DNA from: Vitrella brassicaformis CCMP3155
Lineage: Eukaryota; Protista; Chromerida
DNA length: 64,000 nt
NCBI GenBank assembly: GCA_001179505.1
Contig: CDMY01000349.1
Span: 43,634-107,633, forward strand
Reading direction: 5' to 3'
Below are positions 35,801 through 47,833 of this stretch, one piece after another (position 1 is the stretch's first letter; every line of letters begins with the position of its first letter). Made by a program: the position numbers and the translations under genes. The notes below the pieces were generated by a model, which saw only the letters and a program-made list of their open reading frames with translations, was not told the DNA's origin and made no database searches.

Positions 35801-37015
35801 GCTGATTCGATTCATCAGGTGGATGGAGATCGAGGTGTCTCTGATCAAGAGCAAGCTGGGTTCCTACGCGCAGCAGCAGCGGCGACAGAGCATCGTACAC
35901 CTCACTCAGCGCCGCGCCAGCATCTTTCAGACGCTGGAGCCGCCCGTCCTGGCCTTGACGCCACCTACTGCCGCACAGCCGCAGCCACTCGTCAAGTCAG
36001 CAAATGGCGCAGCCACGCGCGCCGACGACATGAGAGTTGCCGGGCCTGTGTATGTGTGTGTGTTTGTGTGTGTGGCAGGGATGGCAAGCAGCCCCCGCCC
36101 AAGACGGGCGGGCCGCCAAAGGGTGGTGGTCGGCGGCAATCCATTGTACAGCCCCCCACACCTGGCATCACCGTCACACCAAGGTACGTAGAACAGACAA
36201 ACAGATGCCACGCACATAAACACGCACACACAGACAGACCGACAGGGCGAGCGGACGTGCCACCGATGTATGTCATCATTGCAATGTGTGTGCAGTGTGA
36301 CGGCCGATGCCACAGTGGGTGCCGCCATCGATGCGACAGTCGCCAACCTCATGGTGGGTGAAGTGATAGGGTGTGACAGACAGACAAAGCCCACAGACAT
36401 ATGTACTTGCAACACACAGCTGAGTGAGGAGGAGAGAATGGCACTGATCGACGCCGAGCTGTATCGAAGGAAGCAGGTATACAAGAGGCAGTATCTTGAC
36501 TACAGAAACGACCTCCAAGTCTACAAAAAGAACTACGGGGTAGGTGAGTGTCTGACTGGCATCGCATTGAATTGACGTAGGGATGTACACCGACCGCCTC
36601 TATGTCACATGCCATGTGTGCCGTGCAGGAGTGGGAGGCCTTCATCGGCACCTTCGGCGTTGCCAGGCAGCAGATGCAGCGTCACTCCATCCCCCTCACC
36701 ATGCCTACACCCCCGCGGCCGTACTGGCTATTCACCGACGACGATCTGCGCCGGCTCGTGCAGCAGGCCCTCGCCGACAAGGCCCTCCGCCAGGCGCGAC
36801 GGGGGTCACGCACCTCACCCAGTGGCTCGCCAACAGGGTCTCCCAAAGCCACACCAAAGCACTCCCCCAAGCTGACGGCGTTCGGTCACTCGCGGCGTCG
36901 GCGCTCATCCACGTCTCCCGCTTCGCCCTCTGGGTCGCCCACTGGGTCGCCGAAAGCATCCCCAAATCTGGTTGGAGAACGTCGTCGGATCAGCAGAATG
37001 CCTTCCTTTGAATAA
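32858..37015 (+). CDS. Hypothetical multi-exon protein with an IQ-like motif
   Basis: Phase-compatible junctions bridge the apparent stop at 35095 (AIAM|TSFKGC...KQT|VQIHRSW...FLYR|IRQRK). It contains RIRRLQTTWRKFL and ends MPSFE*. Confidence 0.65.
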
Positions 37016-37312
37016 TCAAGTGAAAGGCTTATTTTGGGGTTTAGAGGGTGGGTGCACTGCATGGTCATTGTTGTTCATCGATCGGGATGCTATGGACAGT
37101 ATGTATCAGAAGGAGGCCACAGTCGATGGCCGGGTGCAGCAGAGCAGTAGCAAAATGCAAAAAAACAAGTCAGTCGTGTCTCTGTTTTGTTGTTTCTCGC
37201 GGCTCGACTCAAGTTGAGCAAAGACCCCGAGCCAGGCCCGACTCGTGTCGTGTCTCTCCATCACTCACACATCAACGCAGCCAATAATAATGGGTTGGTG
37301 TTGCCATGCCAT

Positions 37313-38717
37313 TCATCTCTTGACTGTGGGTGCTCGCAGTGCCTGCACCCACAGCGGCGCTCTGTGTCCCATAGGAGATGTGTCGATGTCCGACAAACCC
37401 GACACCACACGACGCTGACACACACACAGCACACACACACAGAAGACAAGAGACACACACATGCGACACAACACTCCTCGCTGACTGTAGGCGCGTGTTC
37501 TCGGATGTACCTCACCTCTTGCATCATCTTCTCTTTTCTCTCTTGGAATTGCAGATGGAGGTAGCTGTCGCCGCGAAAACCGACCAGGGTCGGCAGCAGC
37601 GGATTCGAGGTGAGGAAGGCCTCCATCGCTGCCGGAATGAACCGCCTGATTTAGACGCACAGAGAAGGAGGATGATGGACATTCATTGTATGTGTGTTCG
37701 CGGCCATGTGCTTGCCCATCCATCGGCCCACCCTTGTCTCTGCGAGTCGATGAGGATGTGATGGACCTGCGCAATGTTGTCAGCAAGTGCAGCCCCCTCA
37801 TACCGTCTCTTCTGTCGCGTCACCCCATCGCCGCCCTCTCCACCGCGCGGCGCCACCATGCAGCCCCTCACCGCCGCCAGCGAACACAGCCGTTCGGGCA
37901 GACTCTCACTCCGGCGGGACAGCACCAGCCAGTCGGCGTCTCTCATCGCGAAACCGCCCTCAGGATCAACCAAATCCTCTATGTGCACCTCGACGGCCCG
38001 CACCGACGCCGCATGCAGAGCCCGATACCTCTGGGGAAACCTTTTCATCGCCTGTCGCTGTATGGCATCCCTCAGCTTCTCGTCTTTGTCCCTGCTGTCC
38101 TCCTCTGCCGCAGCTGGTGGGAGGCTCAGCGACGCACGCCGCGCCATCATCTCGGCCCGTCGACGATGGACCCGCAGCGTCCGTTTAGGCGCCAGGACGG
38201 ACGTAGTGTTGCCCAGCGAGACCCATTCCTCAAGCCCCCTCTCCGAGACCAACACACGAGCCAGCGCCACACGGTCCGCCACCGGCACCACATCGAGTTG
38301 GGGCACGCCTTGCGAGTGGGAGGTGGCCGATGCGGCCGACCGGGGCGTCTGTCCCCCTTGGTGTGACGGGTGTGCGCTCGTCGGGCGGGGCGTGATTGTC
38401 CTCATTTGACTGTCCAGCAGCAGTGGGGCCGAGACGCGTCGGGACATCGCCTGAATCGCCGTGTCTTCAGCAGTGTCGGCTGCGGACGGCTCGAAGAGCA
38501 CCAGGAGACCGATGACTTGGCAGTTGGCGTAGCGGGAGTTGATGAAGAGCCGGGCCTCGTTAATGAGGGAGAGGTCTTGACGAGTCAGTAGTTTCTTTGG
38601 GCCGCATTTGAAGTAGAGCAGCACGGCGGTGAGATGATGGGGGGCTGAGGCGGGTGGCTGGGACAGTGCCTCATCTGCTGCTGCAGGGCCCTCCTCAATA
38701 TTCTCTGTGCCTTCCAT
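37313..38717 (-). CDS. Divergent NMNAT/cytidylyltransferase-fold protein lacking HxGH
   Basis: Motif order AVLLYF...LINEARLFI...QVIGLLVLF...DRVALARVLV...EWVSL...WLVLSRR...RFIPAAMEAFLTSNPLL parallels NMNAT. There is a 5'UTR intron upstream of ATG 38717. Confidence 0.5.
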
Positions 38718-39621
38718 TCCGAGAGGGGAGGGAAGGGAGAGACTGCCAGCAGCGATCGGATCGGCCGTTGAATATTCCCCGCTAGGAATGGCAAAACTGT
38801 ACACACACCAGGGCAGGCAGGCGTCACCGAGGCAGTCACCCTCCCCGCCCCATGCACTGCACACAGTACTCACCGCGTCGCCTAATGTCAACTACTCCGG
38901 CCTGGCATCAACTATCACCCATTGCAATGGAGCGGACACAGCAGATAGAGATAGAGAGACAGATAGAGGGGAGAAAAATATCACTCATGCATGGCATGCC
39001 TAACCGCACGCAGACACACATCAACGAATATATGCATGGGGTCCATGGAGTTCCACAGATGCGCAGGGACTGCACACCACACCGATGGGTCGCTGTACAT
39101 GCATCCAATGGCAGACAGGCTGGCAGGCAAACAAGCGCATGTCGTCGTTTGTGCAGTCAGTCGGTCAAACACTCGATCATCGGCCGCGAGGGACGCAAAA
39201 TTTGATGCGTCAGGCAGGCAGGCGGCCGCAATACAGACATTCTCTCTCTCTCTCTCTCTCTCTCGTGGTGGGTGTGGTGGGTGTGGTTGCTTTCGTTGCA
39301 TCACACCCACCACAACGGCAGCAACCACAGGCCCACCCGCCCACCCTTTCCCACAATGAATGGCACACATGCACACATGACATCCACCTGTGTGTTCACA
39401 CCTGATGCGCCTCAGCCAGCCAGCCAGCCAGCCAGCTGGTAAAAGCACGTCTGTATGTACGTCTGTATGTGTTCATACGACGTGTGTATATCCCTCCCGC
39501 CCGCCCTCCCGCCCTTCACTGTCTCCCTCCCTCCCTCCCTCTGTCGCGAAAGTGCGTAATGGGGGGAAACACACTTGGAGACAGACAGAAAACACTTGGT
39601 GACAGACATTCGTCCGTCTGG

Positions 39622-39847
39622 CTAGAGTCCGTCCCAGTACTCGACCTGCCCGTTGTGCACGTGTGTCTGGGGATTGGTGAGTGCAGTGGTGGGCGGGGGC
39701 TCCCTCCCGCCACCACCGCCGCCGCCGCCGCCGTAGCCGACACCCACCACACCCCAGGTCTTCTCCTCGCCCTCGGGATTCACCTCACGCACCAAACGGA
39801 CCTGACAGACAGAATACGCACAGACACATACATGTACTCATTGCTGG

Positions 39848-39880
<33 letters not shown>

Positions 39881-42800
39881 CGTGTGTGTGTGTGTGTGGT
39901 TTACCCATGGGGATTGTGCAGAGAGGCCGTCCCATACGAGCTCGCCGCCATTGGCGCCACCCCCGTTGTTGTTGCCCAGCAGAAGCTGCGAGTGCATGCT
40001 GATCGCACGGCTGGGCGACGTGACCATGGTCCGGTGGTGGTTGAAACTTCCCGGCGCCACCAGCCCCGCAGGCGACCTCTTGACCACATGCTGCTCGGTC
40101 TTGCGGCCAGAACCGCTGCCGCCGATCTCCTCCGGCTCGTGGTGCGCGTCGACCTCATCGGCACCGCTGCTCGACGCCGCCTTCTGCTGCTGCTGTGTCT
40201 GAGTGGTTGTGTTGAGGGCGTCTGGCCCAGCACCACTAGCAACGGCCATCATTTTGACGTATGAGGTGAGCAGCCTGGCTCGGTCGGTGTCGTTGGATGT
40301 GGCGGGTGAGGGCATGAGGGAGCTGCTGGCGTCGTTGCTGGCGGCGTCCAGGATGTTGACCGATATGTGGGAGGCCTTGTGGGTGAGGTCCAACGCCACA
40401 GGGGTTGTCTGCACAGAGAGGGAGGGAGGGAGGGAGGGAGAGGGAGAGAAAGGTGTGTGTGTGGGTGGGTGGGTGGGTGTTCGAGTGCGGCGTCGCACTT
40501 CTGGTTCTAAAGAGTTGGCCGAGTTGGCGTAGTTGCGCGAGATGGCCCACACGACGGCGTCGTGCAGAGAAAGGAAGCACCGCTCCGCAGGCACATACTG
40601 GTAAAACTCTGATCGACCGATGATCGAGACACACACACAGGCAGTGCAGCGCAGACACACACAGAAGGAAGGGGTGTGGACGGTCGGTCGGTCGTGACTC
40701 ACTGGCTTTGTCGAGGAAATCCCGCATGGGGCCTTTCCAGTTGGCGAACATCAGAGCCACCTGCACCCACTCACCACCACCACCAGCCCATCGCATGCAG
40801 CACACACCCAGGACACACACAGAGAGTGACCACAAAAACAGGTGGTTGGGCCGGGGGGGGGGGGGGGGACCNNNNNNNNNNNNNNNNNNNNNNNNNNNNN
40901 NNNNNNNNNNNNNNNNNNNNNNNNNNNNNNNNNNNNNNNNNNNNNNNNNNNNNNNNNNNNNNNNNNNNNNNNNNNNNNNNNNNNNNNNNNNNNNNNNNNN
41001 NNNNNNNNNNNNNNNNNNNNNNNNNNNNNNNNNNNNNNNNNNNNNNNNNNNNNNNNNNNNNNNNNNNNNNNNNNNNNNNNNNNNNNNNNNNNNNNNNNNN
41101 NNNNNNNNNNNNNNNNNNNNNNNNNNNNNNNNNNNNNNNNNNNNNNNNNNNNNNNNNNNNNNNNNNNNNNNGGGGGGGGGGGGGGGGGGGGGGACCAGTG
41201 GTAGCTACGTACCTGTCGGTCGTTGAAGAAGTTGACGACCCTCTGCAGCATCCGCACCGACGTGGCATCCACGTCGTTGATGCTAGACGCGTCAACGATG
41301 AAGGCATGCACGCCCTGACCATCATCATCCATCATGTCATGCACACAAACAAACAGCCACACAGCCACACGGCACCAATCGACATAATGCGCTGGGCGCC
41401 TCTCCGCAGGTGTGGTGTGTCTTTCTTTTGCAGCGAGCAGGTTTGTTTGTTTACGTCCAGTTTGATAGACTTGATCTTGGCCTCAAAATAAGCGGCGTTA
41501 GAGAAGTTGAGCGAGGCGTCGAATCGGAAAATCTTCACACCCGGCGGCTCGACCGCAGTGGGGAAACGCTTCAAATTCCGATACACTGTCGTCCCTGCAC
41601 ACGCACACGCACATCCATCCCTCTGTATGTGTGTGTGTGTGCGTTGTTTGTCCTCCTTCACCCACACAACACACACAACACACACACACGCACCTGGCAG
41701 CTGCCCGAGGAGAGCGGTGAATGGCCGTGAGGTCTTCTTGAGCAGCCACAGGAGCGAGAGGATGACCGACATCATGACCCCCTCCATGGCACCCAGCCCC
41801 ACCGTCACGCAGAAGCACACCAGCCACAGGGCGAAGTCGGGGCCGCCCAGACGGAACAGACGATAGGCCTCCTGCACCACACACACACACACACACACAC
41901 GGACAGACAGACACACCTGAGTGGAGTGAGTGGATGGTATTTGTGTGTGTATGGGTGTAGGGGTGTGTTTAGCCACCCTGAAGTCTATCATGCCGTAGAC
42001 ACCGAAGAGGACGACAGATGCGAGGATGGTGTAGGGGAGGTAGTACAGCAGCGGCGTGATGGCGAACAGCGTCAGACACACCACAGCTACCGACCTGTGG
42101 CGGTGGGCACCACCACACACACACACACACGAGCATGTGTGTGTGTGTGTGTGTGTGGTGGGGGCATGGGGGGATGGGGGGATAAGCCTTACGGGACGTT
42201 GTGCAGGATGGTTTTCCCTCCGATTGAGTAAATGACCGACGTGCGTGACAGCGACGTGGCGCATGGGAAGCACTGGAAGAACGACCCAAGCGTGTTGGCC
42301 ACACTCAGAGCCACCAACTCCTGCTCGCTGTCAATCTGGCGACCATCCATCCATCCCACCACAACAACCGTCGTACGCAACGACACACACACACACACAC
42401 ACCTCCCCTCCCTGATGTGTCGCTGACCTTGTAGTCTAGCCGTGCCGCAACGGTCTTTGAGATGCTCATGTGGATGACGTAGAACATGACAGCGATGGGG
42501 ATGGCCTCCTGCAACAGCGGCACGAAATAGTTGGTGCTGCCCGTGGGGTTGAACGACGGCAACGTGGCGGGCGGGAAGCCTATCAGTCACCACACACACA
42601 CACACACAGACACACACACACACACACAGAGCGAGGGAGAGTTCGATGCATGTGTGTGGTGTGTGTGAGGGGGGAGGGGGCTGATATGTGTGTGTGTGTG
42701 TGTGCCTAGGCTTATTTGCCTTGTGGAATCTCTTTGAGGGTTTTGACGTTGAACGGCGGCAGGTCGAGTCGGAAGAGGTAGGCCAGGAGGGTGAACAGAA

Positions 42801-43049
42801 TAACGATCACCAGCTGACCTGCACACACAACACACGCCACAAAGGCAAAGGCATCGGTGGCGCAGGGAGGGCGACAATGGGCAGAGGCGTGTGTCACACG
42901 CATGACGGGGGGTACCCGGTAGGTTGAACTTGCGGAAATACTTGCCGTTGAGCCACTTGAAGAACACCAGTATCAGGATCCCACACACACCTACACACAC
43001 AACACACACCAGACAACAGACAACACACGACACAAGAGGATGTGCGCCA

Positions 43050-43088
<39 letters not shown>

Positions 43089-44552
43089 ACCGATTCCGAG
43101 AGCCATCCAGTTGGTCGATCCGATGTGTGTGAGGCAGTACCACCAGGTCATGGGGGTATAGGGCGTTCGGGGGTACACCACACCAAACAAATGCTTCAGC
43201 TGCACATCACATGACAGAACACACACAGGTCAACACACAGCATAGATAGACCCATCATCTATCTGTGTGCAGTGAGTGTCCAGGAAGAGCACAGCACCTG
43301 TGAGGTGCCGATGAGGAAGGCTGACGCAGTGGAGAAGCCCGACAGGATGGGATCCGCCAGGAAATCAGCCACCTGCACACACCACACACATACACACACA
43401 CACACACAGAGTACAGCCACCCCTCCCTCCCTCCATCCCTCCCTCCCCACCCCTCTCTCTCTCTCCCTCTGGCGTACCAGGCCCACTTTCATCAGCCTGA
43501 GGGCCATCATGACCACCCCCACCGAGACCGAGAAGGCTATCGTCACGGGGATGCGCACCTCCATCGGCGCGTCCCAGCCGATGACGCTCGCAACCGCCTC
43601 GGCACACAGCAGATTCTCGATGGCAGACACCCCCAGGGAGGCGTGGTGGCTCGTCCCGAAGAAGGTGTAGATCAGCGGGAAGAACAGACCGTTGTAGAGG
43701 CCGTATACGGGCGGCATCCCGGCTAACAGCGCATAGGACATTCCTGCACACACCACACCACACCAGACACACACAAGGGATAGAGAGAGAGAGGGAGGGG
43801 GAGGGAGGGAGGGAGGGGGAGGGGGGAAGTCCCTCCTCTCGCTGGTTGATTTACCGACCCATGGGTATGGCCATGATGCCCTCAGAGAGGCCGGATGTGA
43901 TGTCGTCGCACATCCACTGCTTCTGGTAGGTCTTGACCACCCCTATAATGGGCAGAAACCGCTGCACCGACAGCCCCTTGAAGCACCCCTTAAAGCACGA
44001 CGTCAAGGCCCTCCCCACAGAGGGGTTCGTCGGCTTCTCCTCAAGCGCGTGCAACTCGCTCTCCGTCCGCAGCCGCCACAGAGGGGGCAGTGGCTGGATG
44101 GACGGCACGCCATCGAGCTGCCCCAGGTGCCCCTCAAGCGTGCTGCTGACCACCTTCCGCGCGCGTGATCTCGACGAGAGGTCCGGCGGCGAGCTGCCGA
44201 TGAGTGGCTCGATCATCATCTCGTGCGTGTGCCCGCTGCTGGACTCGCCGTTGTTGCTGCTGGTGGTGGTGGTGGGTTTGCCGATGACTGCCGGGTCGGG
44301 CATCGTGCCTGTGGATGCGGCAGTGCTTGCGATGGTGTAGGAGGACTGCTGCTGGTGCGCGTGTAGGGGCGTGAAGGCTGTGGCACCCGCTGCAGCTGGC
44401 GAAGCTTCAGCTGCTGCTGTGGCTGTGGGAGAGCGGTGCGCCTTACCGTGCTGCTGTTGGTCGTCGTCGTAGCTGCTATAGTCGTCCTCCGATAGATCGG
44501 GGAGAGAGGGGTCCCACAGGAGCGGCGCTTCAGTGTACGACGCTGGGTACAT
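39622..44552 (-). CDS. SulP/SLC26 sulfate/anion transporter with STAS domain
   Basis: DITSGLSEGIMAIP|GMSYALLAGMPPVYGLY, FFGTS, PILSGFSTASAFLI, QELVALSVANTLGSFFQCFP, VYRNLKRFP, IFRFDASLNFSN, FIVDASSINDVDAT, ALMFANWKGPMRDFL, FLSLHDAV. The gene spans the N gap, which falls inside an intron. Confidence 0.95.
40872..41171. other. Assembly gap (300 N) inside a SulP intron, flanked by poly-G
   Basis: Seen directly in the sequence. Confidence 0.99.
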
Positions 44553-44746
44553 TCATGCGCACCATCACCGACAACGGACAGGCACACAGCACAGCCTGAA
44601 TGGAATAACGAACAACACACACATACAGAACACACAGCTTGACAGGCAGACGCGGCTTGCTTTCCGCTGCCTCGTTTACTCTCTCTCGCCTCTCACCTGT
44701 CACAGTGCTCTCACAGCCATCAAACGCTCTGGCGGCGTTGACATGT

Positions 44747-44800
44747 TGCAGGGTTAGCTAGGGCCTAGGGTTTGCAGCAAACCGTGACTGAACCCTGCAG
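44747..44800. promoter_or_regulatory. Nested palindromes plus telo-box-like TAGGGTTT in the divergent SulP/oxidoreductase intergenic region
   Basis: tgcagggtt (44747-55) / aaccctgca (44791-99); ctagg-g-cctag (44758-68); ggtttgc-a-gcaaacc (44769-83); tagggttt (44766-73). Confidence 0.5.
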
Positions 44801-44853
44801 AGGCCAGAGGGGGCCTCGCATCTGATTTTGCCAGTGGCCGTCTGTGCGCCGGC

Positions 44854-45753
44854 ATGAAGCGCACGGTGAGCGAGGGTGAGGGCGGCGGGCGCAAGGACGG
44901 CATACTCGGCGGCAACGACGAGGCGGCCGTCGGGCCGCACCAGGCCATCCGACTCGCACTGCTCGGCGCAGGGCCTTACGGTAGTGAGAATGAAATGAAG
45001 AATGCACCTGCGGCTGGATGGATGGATGGCCGTGTGTGCGGTGTTTGTGATTATTGTCCACACACGCCTGCAGCTCGTGAGATAGTGGTGCCGATTCTGC
45101 TGCAGCTGCCGGCCTTCCACCTCAAGGCCGTCTGGTCCCGCACAGAGCGGTCGGCGGCCTACCTCAACAGCCTCAGTGCGGGCGGGTCGCTCGAGACCTA
45201 CTGGGGCGGACACTTCTTCAGGAACGAACTCACGCCAGAGAAACAGCCATACCAGCAATGCCATCAGGAGGAGGGCAAAAATGGTGGCAGTGGTAGTGGT
45301 GGTGGTGGTGGCAAGGAGGAGAGTGGCGGTGGGGGAGAGGGCGCTTCAGGGATGGGTAGCAGTGACAACACCAGTAGGGGGCTGGAGGACCTGCTGCGGC
45401 GGGCTGACATCGACGGCGTTGTCATTGCGCTGCCCGGGCTAGTCACCGTGAGGGACAGAGAGAGAGAGAGAGAGGCCAATGCAATTCCATCTGTGTGTTC
45501 TCTGTGCTGTGGCGAGTAATGCCTCTCTCTTCTCTTCTCTGTTTGTGTGCAGCCGTCGTTTGTGTTGCGAGTGTTGCGTGCGGGGAAGCACGTCTACAGC
45601 AGCGGGCCGATAGCGCTTGACGAGAAGACGGGCGCCAGCCTGATGCAGATGTACCACGCCAAGTTCGCCGCCAAACTCACATGGTCCGTCGGCATGGACA
45701 TCAGATACGAATCGGCGTTCACCAAGGCAAGCTAGGGATGGAAGGGAAGGAAG

Positions 45754-45788
<35 letters not shown>

Positions 45789-46173
45789 GGCCTGCAAAGA
45801 CACACACACACACACAAAGGCCTGCAAAGACACACACACACACAAAGGCCTGCAAAGACACACACACACACACAAAGGCCTGCAAAGACACACACAACGG
45901 ATGGATGGATGGATGGAGGGGCGTGTTGGTGTGTGGTGTGTGTGTGAAGGTGCGGATGATGCTGCCTGATCTAGGAGATGTGTTGGGCGCGCAGCTGCTG
46001 GGTAACTTGGGTTGGGTGGGGCCGTGGGATCCTGTGCAGATGGATGACGCCGCTGTGTGTGTGCGTGCGCGTGTGTGTGATGCAGCTGTTCGTGCGGTCG
46101 GTGCTGGCGACCACGCCACACTCGCACACCTCCGCAAACAGGCCAACCAGCCTGGTGGGTTCACTCGCCCACT

Positions 46174-46207
<34 letters not shown>

Positions 46208-47230
46208 CGAGAGAGATGTGTGTGGTGGTGGTTTTGGTGCCAACCAACAGGTGGTCTGTTGCGTGAGATGCTGATGCCGTATGTGGGCATCATGCGCAAG
46301 ATACTAGGTGGGGAGGGAGGATGCACTGCACTGCACGTGTGTTGTGTGTCGGGTCGGTCACACACATCGATGTATGTGGTGTGATTGATGTGCGATTGTG
46401 TGTGTGTCGACAGGCGACGTTGCGTGTGTGGCGGCGTTCCCGTCACGACACAACGAGTTGTTCAGCACTTACGGTGGGTATGGGTATGGTATCCCTTCAC
46501 GCTTTCATGCCGTCCAGTCCACACACCACATAAGTGTAAGTGTGTGTGTGTGTGTGTGTTGTGGATGGATGGATGGCGATATAGATACGTTGGATGGGGT
46601 CATCTACTTCGAGTCGGGCACCTCGGCGACGGTGAGCGTGAGCCTGGCCAGCCAGGGGCCCTCCTTCCTCCTCACTGTCACCGGCACCAACGGCAAATTC
46701 GTAGTCAAGAATAACACCATGCAAGGAGGTGTCCTGCTGTCCACACCCACACACACCCACAGACACACCCACAGACACACATCGGGTGTATATGTGTGTG
46801 TGTGTCTGCCAGGTTACACCGTTCAGCGTTGTCTGCAGCATTTCGAGCACCCCATGCTGCACCCAACATCTGGCACGGCCTTCGCCATCCAGGTGAGGTG
46901 GGTCGCACACCACACCACACCACACGACGCAACACAACACGACACAGGCAATCGATCAACTGCCCCAATTCTATGGGCGGTGTGTGTGTGTGTGTGCGTG
47001 TGTAGGCGTGGGGCGAGGCCGTGCGCCACGAGCAGCCCGACGTCTGGAACACACCAGTGCAGGTCAGCCAGCCAAGAGACCCAGAGGCAGGTTGTGGAGT
47101 GGATGGAGATGCGATGCGATGCCGAATTCCATTGCATTCATACCAGGCGTTGCACGATCTGTCGGTGTCGATGACGTTGGCGCAGTCCAAGGGGATGCCC
47201 ATCCGGTTCAGGGAGAAGGGGCCCAACTGA
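44854..47230 (+). CDS. Gfo/Idh/MocA-family oxidoreductase
   Basis: IRLALLGAGPY|AREIVVP, LKAVWSRT, LEDLLRRADIDGVVIALP, LRAGKHVYSSGPIA, WSVGMDIRYESAF, DTLDGVIYFESG, LTVTGTNG. The GKHV-x-x-x-K-P motif is altered to GKHVYSSGP. Confidence 0.9.
45755..45896 (+). repeat. Intronic minisatellite: 4 x caaaggcctgcaaaga separated by (CA)n
   Basis: Cores at 45785, 45815, 45843 and 45873. Confidence 0.95.
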
Positions 47231-47833
47231 CACACAACACACAACACAACACAACACACCATCAAGGATGGAAGGACGTAGCGAGCGACGGACGGACGGA
47301 CGACGGACGGACAGACACCACACCTAGGGGCCTGCCTGCCTGCATGCCTGTGTGTATCTGTGTGTGTCTGTGTCTCTATGGGGTGCGTGTGGTGTGCATA
47401 ATGATGAGACTGACTGGTTGGTTGGCTTCCCGCATGGTTGTGAGTGTCTGTCGTGGCCAGTGGGGTGGGGTGGGCGGGGGGGGGCGGGGCGGCTGAATGC
47501 TTAGACGAACACAGGGCTGGGCTGGGCTGGCAAGACAAACGATAAACTATTACTGCAGGCAGGCTGTCAGTGAACACGAACACACAACGACACGCAGCCT
47601 CCGCACAGCCGCTCGCACAGACAGAGGAAGGAGATCTAACCCACCCGCCATAAAGATGATAACTAACGCACATCCCATCCCATTCGCAGCGCACACACAG
47701 CAGTCAGTCCTCTCTCCGCCCATCCCTCCCTCCCTCTGCTCTATCTAATTCGCTACTTTGTTTCATTCTACCAGAGCCAGCCCAGCCAGCCAGCAACTCA
47801 GATCATCTACCGGTCAGTCAGATCAGCCAGCCA

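Noticed and set aside
45785-45888. Identical 16-nt units with spacers, CRISPR-like in appearance
   Set aside because: The spacers are (CA)n, not unique sequence; the repeat is intronic, in eukaryotic DNA, with no cas genes.
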